A DNA stretch of 64,000 nt from Mytilus trossulus (Eukaryota), in NCBI RefSeq assembly GCF_036588685.1, contig NW_026963317.1, positions 1,550,001-1,614,000 of the forward strand, read 5' to 3'. Under the pieces are notes generated by a model. It did no database searches, was not told the origin of the DNA, and saw nothing but the letters and a program-made list of their open reading frames with translations. A program made the translations under genes and the position numbers. Numbering within the stretch: position 1 is the stretch's first letter; each line of letters starts with the position of its first letter. Shown piece after piece: positions 38,819 to 49,695 of this stretch.

Positions 38819-38843
38819 TGCCTAGCTTAGCCTCGATTTCGAA
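38819..38843 (-). promoter_or_regulatory. Mirror copy of the 25-bp motif upstream of the SWIM-YqaJ ATG
   Basis: Reads TTCGAAATCGAGGCTAAGCTAGGCA on the - strand and ends 16 nt before the ATG at 38802. Confidence 0.6.
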
Positions 38844-39009
38844 TTTATATGAATATTCATTACAATCTTATTAAGAACGGTCTATTCATGTGTGTTGTGT
38901 CCTACAATTACATAACATTGAAAGAGTTTTAAGAGGCACGGTCCCTCCTGGTTAACATAAATAAACATGACAGTTGTATTTATTTGGCTTCTTAACTATT
39001 TTGATCTGA

Positions 39010-39053
39010 GCGTCACTGATGAGTCTTATGTAGACGAAACGCGCGTCTGGCGT
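39010..39053 (+). ncRNA. Minimal type I hammerhead ribozyme (Penelope/retrozyme type)
   Basis: GCGTCA-CTGATGA-GTCT(TATGT)AGAC-GAAAC-GCGC-GTC^-TGGCGT; predicted cleavage after C39047; lies in a repeat (about 38980-39088) also seen decayed at about 9270-9375. Confidence 0.88.
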
Positions 39054-42000
39054 ATAAAATTATAATCCTGGTACTTTTGATAACTATTAATATGCTACAA
39101 TTTTAACACTATGTATATAGTCTTGATTATTTATGAGTTTGCATATGGAATGTTGCCAACTTTCGTCTCAAGTGTTGCTGTAATAATTTGCAATATTTTC
39201 AGAGGCACGGTACACGTGCCTGCTTATTAACATAAACTAACAAGGTAGTTTTAATATGCTACAATTTTTAACACCAAATGTCTGTTATTTATGGCGTTGC
39301 TTAGGGAATATGGATAATTATAGCGTATCAAAGTCTGAACCTATGTTAGATCTTTAACTCGAGGCATGCAATTAAATTAAAACTATTATAAACTTTTAGA
39401 CGAACTTTAATATACACTATTGAAATAATTTTAAATGAGAAATAAAACTAATTGTTTGATTTATCACACAGGTGTTTTAATAAAAGAAATATATAAACCA
39501 CTTTTTGATTTGTTATACTGAAATAAAAGAAGCTGTTGGGTATAGTTCAATGAGAGAACAATCTTAGAAAACATAGCCGCCGACAGCTAGGGACACCTAA
39601 GGTTTTCAATAAAACACAAGAGCGTATACAGCTAAGCTATAACATCCGTAAATCGTCCCGAATTGAATCAAAAGAAATATATAGATCTCTTTTTCATTTC
39701 TTATACAGAAATAAAAGGAAATGCGGGGTAACGTCCAATGAGAGAACAGCCTAAGGAAAACTAGGGATCAAGAGTTAGGGCAACCTTCAGTCTTCAATAA
39801 AACACAGGAGTGTACAAAATATGCTATTAAAGCTGAAAATCTCTCCGAATTGATAAATAAAAATGTGGATCAATTTAACAGAAACAATCAATTTAAATAT
39901 CTGCTGCCGACACCCAATTGTGCAAATAATGAAAAGCCGTAAGATATCACATACGAACACTTCTGAGGAGTTTCATGACGCATATTAAATAACAAAGTAA
40001 AAAATCTACATATATGCACTGACTTCTATTTGACTCTTATTATTTAAGCTTTCAAATGTACTATATGAACCGTGGTTTAGTTCGGACTGCATATATGCAA
40101 GAGGTTGTGTCAATGTGCGTGCGGCCACGCCAACACGCACAGAAAAACATTTTGATTTTGCTTTTTGTATTGTACATTTTTATATAACATTGCGACCGAC
40201 GTTGACAGTTTAACGTTCCAATCTGATTCTACTAAACGAGTTATATGATTGCTCCTGCTTCAAACCCTTTTTGGGCAGTACATTTTCATCTGTGTAGCAG
40301 ACGGCTGAAACGAACATACCAAATACGCTATTCCTCGAGTTAAAACAAATATTTGATATATTGCATGCTTTAAATTGGGAAAAAACGAATACACAACCCA
40401 TTGTGTAAATATTGAATGTAAAAATTGATATTTTAGTCTATAAAATTGATCTTTAGAACGTGATTATGGATAATAGACTTGTCCAATCAATTTAACACGT
40501 CATCAGAAACAAAATGTTGAATAATATGTTATTTGAAGTGTTTATATAGCGCTTAACATGCATACAGCAAATGTAAATTTTACTTTCCATACATATAAAC
40601 TGTACTAGAAAAGTGTCTGAAGTTTTTTTTCAAGTATATTGAATACTTCCGATCCATTAAACAGCTATACAGTCTGATAAGTGTTTATTCAAAAGTTTTC
40701 TTTTTGAATTATATAAATTAAAATTGCTTTGTAAACTCTATCAAGTGTTGAATAGTAAAAAAGTTTATTTTTTTACTTGTAATTGCTGTACCATGAAAAG
40801 TATAGGTGAAATATATTGTATAATATCATTGGAACTTTAATTAGTTTTATATATCTTTGATCTTTTCCGAATGTAGCATGAAAGTGGGGTTTTTCTGGGT
40901 TACGATTCTTTCAATCATTTCTTGAATCTTTTCAGATAGTCATAATAATGCAGATTTCTGCACAGGACAAATATTGCAGACAATACTGCATATATATATA
41001 AATGAGTTGTATATTTGCGAACATACATTACGTTGTAGGCATGATTTTTATAGCAACAGATCAAGTACGTTCAGTGAGTTGTCATGAGCATTCTTTAATA
41101 AAGTATTGTTTTACAAGTGTTTTTCGTTTGTAATACTTATATAAAAGCCCGGGTGTTCCAAGGATAAAATGGGGGTTCAAACAGTATGTCTCCATTTAAA
41201 TGCGTTGATCGTCCACAAAAAAAGGGATTTCAACCAACGTACCCCCCCCCCCCCCCCCCCCCCCACTGGATAAACCATTGGACAATTGTATAGTACGTTC
41301 TACTTTCTTTAATCAAAATATTGAGATCAAGAAAGATGAGTCTTGTATTAGTACAATGAGTCTAAGCCGGAGACTTGTAAATGTAGTTACGACCAATTGA
41401 CTGTCTATTTTCTGCATGATAATCCTACCAAAATACATCAGATTCACATACTGTCTACAATTTAATAATTATTCAGCCAAAAGATTCCCTTAAACCAACA
41501 AGTCCCTATACTCAAACCCCATACACCATACATTTCACACTGCTTTATCATGCACATAATACGTTATAACTATTTCGTACATCTAACAATTCGTTTCCCC
41601 GTACGACAAAATCATAACTTAACTTATATGAACAAATCATGAAAACATTGCAACGAGTAAGACAAAAGTTTTGATTTAAGAATAGACTTCGTAAGATAGT
41701 TTACGAGGTCTTCTTTTTGAACGATTAAATTTAGGATAGTACGTCCCAATTCCACATCACCTTAAACACCTTCCAAACATATGTTCCAGGGGAACTCCTG
41801 TAAGGCGAAACAAATATATATGTTGACAATCCTATACCAGGAACCTCATTCAAGATACCAAGTTACCACTTGTACTTCTACTAAAAATAATATTCCACAT
41901 ATCAAATAATTATTTCGTACTCATACTCAAAAACCCACCCCATAAACCAAGCCATCGGCTTGTACTTCTACCATAAACACTCTCCCATGAATCAAGTCAC

Positions 42001-44563
42001 TATATATCTAAGACTAGCACTATCATACCCCTGAGACACTACGTGTTATAGTAGTCTCAGCTTTCCGTTCAATAGTCCTTCTATTTTGTTCTTTAGATGC
42101 CGTACATTGCATGTTCCACATATAAAACGTGCACTAACTGTGTATATGATATATTTATATGTTAGATAAAATTATGATCTTATAACAGTAAAACGAACTT
42201 ACATATCATAGCCTCTCATTTCATATGAAGTATATGGTCGTCGAATTTGTCCTGCCATCTTTTTTAAGTTCTGTGTTGTCAAATGCGAGTTTAATTTCAA
42301 TTAATATCCAATGTTTTCAATCGATCTTCACGCTTCGACGTTTATCATTTGTCCAGTGAAAGTTTTCTTCTTATATCATAAATATACCTTTTATTGTTGT
42401 AGATTTTTAGTTGAATTTATCAACACAATTTAAACCTCCCAGATTATTCATAGTTCTCTATACTATCAAGTAGAAATATACGATAATTTGGGCCAGTTTA
42501 TTAATTTTAGGGGGCTTTGAGACCGGATAAAAGTTACTAGGACAATGATTAAAGCGAAGAAGAATACCTTATTGATATATTGGTGTTTATTTTATCAATA
42601 AATGACAAACTACCGGAAAAATTGACAAATTTGAATTTAATTTTTGGTTCAATTTAGTAAATATTAATCTTGAATACGACTCCATTTTACCTTAGATTAA
42701 ATTTCAATAGATCTTAACTACCGTTATTGAAAGGTATTCAAGCGGGTATTACAAAAGCTAGCTTAAACCTTTTTACGGTTAATCTCCGACCGTTCCTCTT
42801 GCTATTAATTAGGTGCAACATACATATGCACCACGCACACATGAAAAAAGAGATTAATTTTTATTACAAGGGATTATCATATTAAGTCTATTTGTCTGGT
42901 GGTCCTTTACGTAGACTCGGATTAAACAACAGTACAAAGAGGGTGGAATGTACACATTCAAACACCCGATTACACTAAAAACTTGAAATTAAATTATGAA
43001 ACAACTTTTATGGAACCAATTAACCAATATTCTGTCAAATATTTTTGAAAATTGGTCTCCTTGTTTCATATATTCTCATTTTGAGTACATGACGGGTGCC
43101 ACATGTGTGGAGCAGGGTTTTTTCACCATTCCTGAACCCTTGAGATCAACCCCGTTTTTTAAGGCGGGGGATAGGGTTCGTGTTGTTCAGTCTTTACTTT
43201 TCTGTGTTGTGTTCTGTGAACTGTTGTTTGTCTGTTTGTCGTGTTTATTGTTGGCCATGGCATTGTCAGTTTGTTTTGACTTATGAGTTTGACCATCCCT
43301 TTCGTATCTTTCGACTTTTGCGTAAAATGAGAATAGTAAAACGAGAAAATACAACACCGAACACCTCATTCCCATAATTGTGGTCGAGACTGGCTATGCA
43401 TTTTCTATGTCGGCACACACTATAAATAGCGTTTTGATATTTTATAACATTAAATCGTATGGTTAAAACTGTTCATCTCCTGTCTCCTGGTACACAATAC
43501 AACTTATTAAAATAGTCAGTTCTTGGAAGCGATTTATCCTACACATTTAAAAAGCATTTGACTGATACTAGCTGCTAAAGAGACCATGGTTTGTCCGGCT
43601 ATCTCCTGCGACATAGTTTTAGTCATTACTTTGATACTTTGTATAGAAGGTTTCTACACATATAAAAGATGTGGGCATCTTCACAGGATTTTGATTTTTT
43701 TTTATACTCTGAAAAGCTAGATATTTGAACTTAGTAACTTTTTATGTTTACGTCGTTTCTCTCCTATTTGGATTATTTTTCTTTGAACAAGTTTGAACCT
43801 TCTGTGAGTCATTTACAATACAAAACTTGGCCTACTTATGCATTATTTTTAATCTTATAAACACCTTACAATTGTAATTTCCTAAACCTCACGTTGAGTT
43901 GCATTTATTAGATTTCAGTTCACCTGCATTGAGTTTTACTTCCTTGCAAACATGTGTTAAATTTATAACGAAGATAGTATCGAGGGTTGTTGTTGGACAA
44001 TATCAATAAGACCGCAACCCAACATCAGAACATAACCAAACGATCGCCATACCTTACTGTATCTACGATTGGCAAGTGCTTGCTGTAAACATTGTTGTAT
44101 AACGGCGACCGCAACCCAACATCAGAACATAACCAATCTACGATTGACAAGTGCTTGCTGTAAACATTGTTGTATAACGGCGCTATAATGTCCCCGAGAC
44201 TGAGTAGAAAAATAGTCAGAGGATATCAAAGGGAGACCAATACAATCGTGAGACAAACACAAAAAGATTATAAATACGAGTTACAAAACCAATCTACAAA
44301 ACACTACAGAATAAACTAAACTTGACTACATAAGCATCGGAAGCGACAGTTAGCATTCCTGCTTTAAACGTCAGTTGATAAGTATGTACAGTTAATATAG
44401 AGACGACAGAAGACATGATACAAGAACAAAAAAGTCATTTAGCATCTATAGAGGTCAACATAGGGTCTTCAATACCTATATACATTACTTTAATATAACT
44501 TTTATTGGTATGCTTTTCAGAGACAATTAAGTGTCTGTGCTTCAGTAATAGGCATGTGTATAT

Positions 44564-44797
44564 GAGGCCCCTCATGGGGGGGGGGGGGGGGGCTAGTAAT
44601 CACATAATCACCATTTTTTTTGCCAATATAATCACATAATCATTAGATATTTGCTTATCTTTAGTAATCAAATAATCATAAACTAAAAATACAGTCCTAG
44701 GTAATCAAATAATCATGAAATATTTGGCTTAATAATCAAATAATCATTAAAAAAACGGCCAAGTAATCACATAATCAAAAACCCCATGAGGGCCCTC
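44564..44797. mobile_element. MITE with GAG..CTC termini and AATCAMATAATCA subrepeats (Sola-like)
   Basis: ATAT|GAGGCCCCTCATGGGG ... CCCCATGAGGGCCCTC|GTAT. Confidence 0.7.
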
Positions 44798-45889
44798 GTA
44801 TATAAACAATATATCGAGCTCTAAATCGTTCAGTAAAAAAACCCGATGTATCTTTTGTTTATATATTTGACAATGTTGATATGTCATCAATATCAAATGC
44901 TTAAATGACATTTGCACACAAATACTGCAAAGGTGGCCACTTAAGAAGTCCAGAACTTAGGACATGTAAATGACATATGACTCAGTTAAACTAGTTTTCG
45001 AGATCACAGTCAGATTGTCAGTTAGACGAATTTTTTTTTCAGCGGACATACTTCTTAATATTGAATTAATTAAAAAGCAGATTCGCAAATATTTTTTTAG
45101 CTTACCTTGACCATTTCATTGTGTCCATCAACCTTTGCATTCGATTTTTTCCCCTCCCCATGGCTATAGCACATATCTCAAAAACACTTGTTACCACCAA
45201 CAAGGCTAGTTAAAAGACTGGCGATGACAACTGGATAAAAGAATTGTTCTTTTTATCTAATATCTTGCACACATTAATTACAAAATACTTAAATGAACAA
45301 GTGTTAATAAACGGTTAAAGGGATTAATTTGAATCGGATATGCATGGAGTGCTTAAATTTATTGATCATTTCCCAAATGCAGAACTTGGCTCAAGAAGTA
45401 GATTAGTAACTTTGGAATCGATGTGCATATAAAGCCGCACCAGTTTTCGGTTCATAAGATTTGTTGCACTAATTTTTGGATCAAACAAAGTGTTGATAAA
45501 GAAATGTTACCACCAATCTAATCCCAAACGATTTCTCGACGCTCTTGTTCACGCGACATACCAGAAAACGGTAGCTATGAGAGCTCGGGGTTTTAACAAG
45601 ATTGTGTTTCCCGTATGTAAAAGTTTCACTTAATCTTTATCTAAACGCACAGCACGGCTTATTTCTAATAATATTGGGAATAGGAATCGGAAATATGTCA
45701 AAGAGACAACCACCCGACCAAAGAGTGACAATTAACAGCCGAAGGCCACCAATGGGTCTCCAACACAAACTTTAAGAGAAAATCCCGCACCCAGATGTGG
45801 TCCTCACCTCAGCTGGCACCTTTATAAAATTGTGTACTATTTCATTGAAAATGGACGTCACACTAAACTCCAAAACATATAAATGAACT

Positions 45890-47898
45890 GAGATTCTGAA
45901 AAAGGAAATCACCAATTCACCAACATTCCAACTGACTCCATTTTCAGAAAACGAAATCTGTAACTTTTAGCCACCGCTTTACAAGCAGAGCCAAATACAA
46001 TGAAAGTCCCAACTATGTATTGGCTTCCGAAGCTACACAAAACCCCTTACAAATATAGATTTATTTCGTCTTCAAGCCATTGTTCAACTACTAAATTGTC
46101 TATTCTTCTTACCAGCACACTTGGTACAATTAAAAACCTTATAATAAATTGTTCAAATAAGGCCTTCGAAAATAGTGGAATAAATTACTTTTGGAGTGTC
46201 AAGAACTCGTTGGAAGTACTTGATAAATTGCATGCTTATATTGGTGATTTTGAATCTGTTCAAAGTTTTGATTTTTCTACCCTGTATACCACATTGCCTC
46301 ACATTCTCATTAAGAAAAAATTCACACACCTAATTAAGTGGGCATTCAAAAAATCAGAATGTGAATATATATGTTCAAACTCTTTTAGGTAATTTTTTAG
46401 TAGCAATAAACAAAAAAACTATGTTAATTGGACATGCTTTGATAATATATATGCCCTTGAATTTTTACTAGATAACATTTTTGTTCGCTTTGGGGATTCC
46501 GTATATCGTCAGATTATCGGAATTCCAATGGGGACTAACTGTGCACCACTTATCGCGGACCTCTTTTTGTATTGTTATGAGTTACAATTTATGACAAAAA
46601 TAAGCAAAGACCCATCAAAACAACATCTAATAAACAAATTTAATAATACTTTTAGATATTTGGATGACATTTTGGCTTTCAATAATGACGACTTCAGTAT
46701 GTATATTAATGAAATTTATCCTGGTGAACTTACTTTAAATAAAGCTAATGCTAACAATGACCACTGCCCTCTCCTCGATCTTGACATCTATATCACTAAC
46801 GGAAAGCTGAATACTAAAATTTATGATAAAAAGGAAGATTTTTCATTTCCTATCGTTAATTATCCGTTTTTAGATGGTGACGTTCCCTTGTCACCATCTT
46901 ACGGTGTTTATATATATCAACTTGTACGATTCGTTCGTGTATGTAACAATGTTTTAGATTTTAACGAGAGAAATTTATGTATTACTGAAAAATTATTACA
47001 CCAGGGTTTTCGATATCACAAACTAGTCAAAACATTTACTAAATTTTATCATCGGTATAAAGACATCATTCGTAAATATAGCTCAACATGCAGACTTCTT
47101 ATACGTTCAGGTATTTAACATCCCATTTTTTATGGAAATATTCTTTATAAAGCACAACGGTGTCAGTATTCACCTCATAAACTTACAAAACCTTTGAATA
47201 GACTTTGAAGGGATATAATTACGATACTGTTGTCAAGTCATTAAAGATTGCATATTTTGGCGTTAATATTGAGTCACTGATAAGGTCTTTGCGTCGGAAC
47301 TAAACACATTTGTTCTAAAAACAGTTGTTGGCATGGCACGGGTTATGTTCTTCTCGTATATGTTATGATGGTATGATACTAAACCCCTAACGGGAAGGAT
47401 TGTGCCTGATGTTCATATGATGTAATCATAATCTTTCAGTCAGTTAAATTGAAGTCTGGAGCTGGCATGTCAGTTAACTGCTAGTAGTCTATTGTTATTT
47501 ATGTATTATTGTCATTTTGTTTATTTTCTTTGGTTACATCTTCTGACATCAGTCTCGGACTTCTCTTGAACTGAATTTTAATGTGCGTATTGTTATGCGT
47601 TTACTCACAAACATGTTTAACCCCGCCGCATTTTTGCGCCTGTCCCAAGTCAGGAGCCTCTGGCCTTTGTTAGTCTTGTATTATTTTAATTCTAGTTTTT
47701 GTGTACAATTTGGAAATTAGTATGGCGTTCATTATCACTGAACTAGTATATATTTGTTTAGGGGCCAGCTGAAGGACGCCTCCGGGTGCGGGAATTTCTC
47801 GCTACATTGAAGACCTGTTGGTGACCTTCTGCTGTTGTTTTTTTATTTGGTCGGGTTGTTGTCTCTTTGACACATTCCCCATTTCCATTCTCAATTTT
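45890..47898 (+). mobile_element. 5'-truncated Penelope-like retroelement
   Basis: Reverse transcriptase frame followed by a ~600-bp 3' tail whose reverse complement recurs at about 53363-53770 and 61796-62205, with shorter or older pieces near 18130-18520 and 31763. Confidence 0.85.
46000..47303 (+). pseudogene. Penelope-type reverse transcriptase, disrupted
   Basis: MYWLPKLHKTP, SFDFSTLYT, QIIGIPMGTNCAPLIADLFL, FRYLDDI, LLDLDI, TKIYDK. ORFs 46000-46392 and 46528-47118 share one frame, with in-frame TAA at 46390 and 47116 and a frameshift near 47205. Confidence 0.88.
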
Positions 47899-48559
47899 AA
47901 ATCAAAAACCATACAAGACTAACATGAATTTCAAAATCAGAGGCTTCTGACTTGGGACAAGCGCAAAAATAAGACGGGTTAAACATGTTTTGTGAGATCT
48001 TGTTCAACCCTACCCTATAGCTATACTAGCCAATGTAGAATAAAGAAACACATATAGCAATAAACAGATAACAAAATTATGAAGTTAATATGATCTAATA
48101 TGAAGATAGCGAATTTGATAGATGGTGACATATTTGAGGACAGTATCGTTAACAAATTCTGTACATAAAAAAAACCTGCAGATGCAATTTTTTTCCATAA
48201 CTTGTGACATTTGACAATTTTTGATATGTATTAGAATAAATCCAATTTCAAGAAATGTTTCAGAACATTTGAATATTATGACAATATGTCTGTTCAATTG
48301 TTGAACTTGATATGACGAACTATGTACTGAATCTGTATGATACAAAATTCCAATAACTTTAACTTCTCCTATTTTCTATTTTGATATGTCCAGCTTATAA
48401 TGATCATGTTCCGCACAGCGAAACGCATACAAGAGAAATTGACCGTAACTCTTTGATAATCAATGATCTTTTCTTCGTCTTTAATTGTGATTCACTAGAA
48501 ATGACAAATATTTGTGGTTCAGTGTTTGTATCATTTTTTAACCATAAGTCATTTACTAT

Positions 48560-48661
48560 CAATCTAATTTAAAAAAAAATATTGATCTCTGATTACGTTA
48601 TACTACATATGAGCTCACATGTAGTATAACGTAATCAGAGATCAATATTTTAATTAGATTG
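48560..48661. mobile_element. 102-bp fold-back MITE with 9-bp TSD
   Basis: ATTTACTAT|CAATCTAATT ... AATTAGATTG|ATTTACTAT; the interior is almost wholly palindromic around GAGCTC. Confidence 0.88.
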
Positions 48662-49495
48662 ATTTACTATTAAAGTGAATATTTTATAAAGGTTTCTTTT
48701 ACAAGGAATTGTATATACTATACAAATCATTGGTTTAAAAAAAAAATCTTATCAAGTTTTTTTCTCAGTGACTTGTAGCAAGAGAACATCTGAAGTCAGC
48801 GACGAAACATTTTCAGTTTTTTTCTTATTTTCCAAAAAATATATATAAAAATCTATCATCTCATATTTTATTACAAAATCATTGGGTAATTTTGAACATT
48901 TTTTTTTAAGAAGAAAAAACATAGTGAAAAATCTACATGTTGACTAAGTTATAGACGTGTAATACCCATAGACTGATTTGGGTTTGACATCTATGACTAA
49001 GTATATTATAAGAACATTTTATCTGATGAAACTGAACTTTATTAAAAGCAGGGAAATTTTCAAATTTGACAAAATATTTATAGCATAGTATAAGCGCGAA
49101 ACTATGATGCCTTGGCCGTTCAAGACTTAATAAAATCTGTAAAAAAAAATGATAAAAACCTCCTCGAATTCCGTGGAAAAAAACCTTGCTTATTTCCAGT
49201 TTTGTTCCGGATACTAGAAAAGGGAATATTATCTCCCCTTGTACAACAAAATTTGCGGGAAATCACAGTGCCAGTTTACAAACTTTGTAACACGCTAAAA
49301 AATGGGTGTAAGTTTAGTAATTATTTTTGTTTCACACTTTTTTGATATGCAATAATGTTGGCTTCTTTGAAAACAGTTCATTCTTCTTCCTTGTAGCACT
49401 AGAAGTAGAAAGTGTGGACACCCAAAGTGAAACAAAAAAATAGGTTTTCTTCTATTCAGCCATCGCATGTTTAGGCTTGGACTAGTACTATTATG

Positions 49496-49695
49496 CGGGG
49501 GGATAGGAGGGGTCCTGATCCCGAAATCCCGGGCTTTAAAACACGAAATCCCGAGGTCCCGAATTTAAATAAAGTAAATCCCGACGTCCCGAAATTCGAA
49601 AACAACAATTCCCGGATCCTGAAAGGATCAATCCCGAAATCCCGAGCTTAAAAACACCCGATCCCGTAGTCTCGATAAAGGTCCTATCCCCCTCT
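49496..49695. mobile_element. MITE with ATCCCG subrepeats
   Basis: GCGGGGGGATAGGA ... TCCTATCCCCCTC ends; many (A)ATCCCG copies; reverse-orientation relative at about 12609-12945. Confidence 0.65.

Larger units (their letters stand above)
34288..38883. mobile_element. Full-length ISL2EU-type (PIF/Harbinger-related) DNA transposon, 4596 bp
   Basis: TIR AGACGGTTCTTAA / TTAAGAACGGTCT (12/13 match); AT TSD at 34286-34287 and 38884-38885; RR..YY termini; two convergent intact genes. Confidence 0.93.

Noticed and set aside
47394-47437. Hairpin with CTGATG in the Penelope tail as a hammerhead
   Set aside because: Has CTGATGT rather than CTGANGA, no GAAA and no stem III in this copy.
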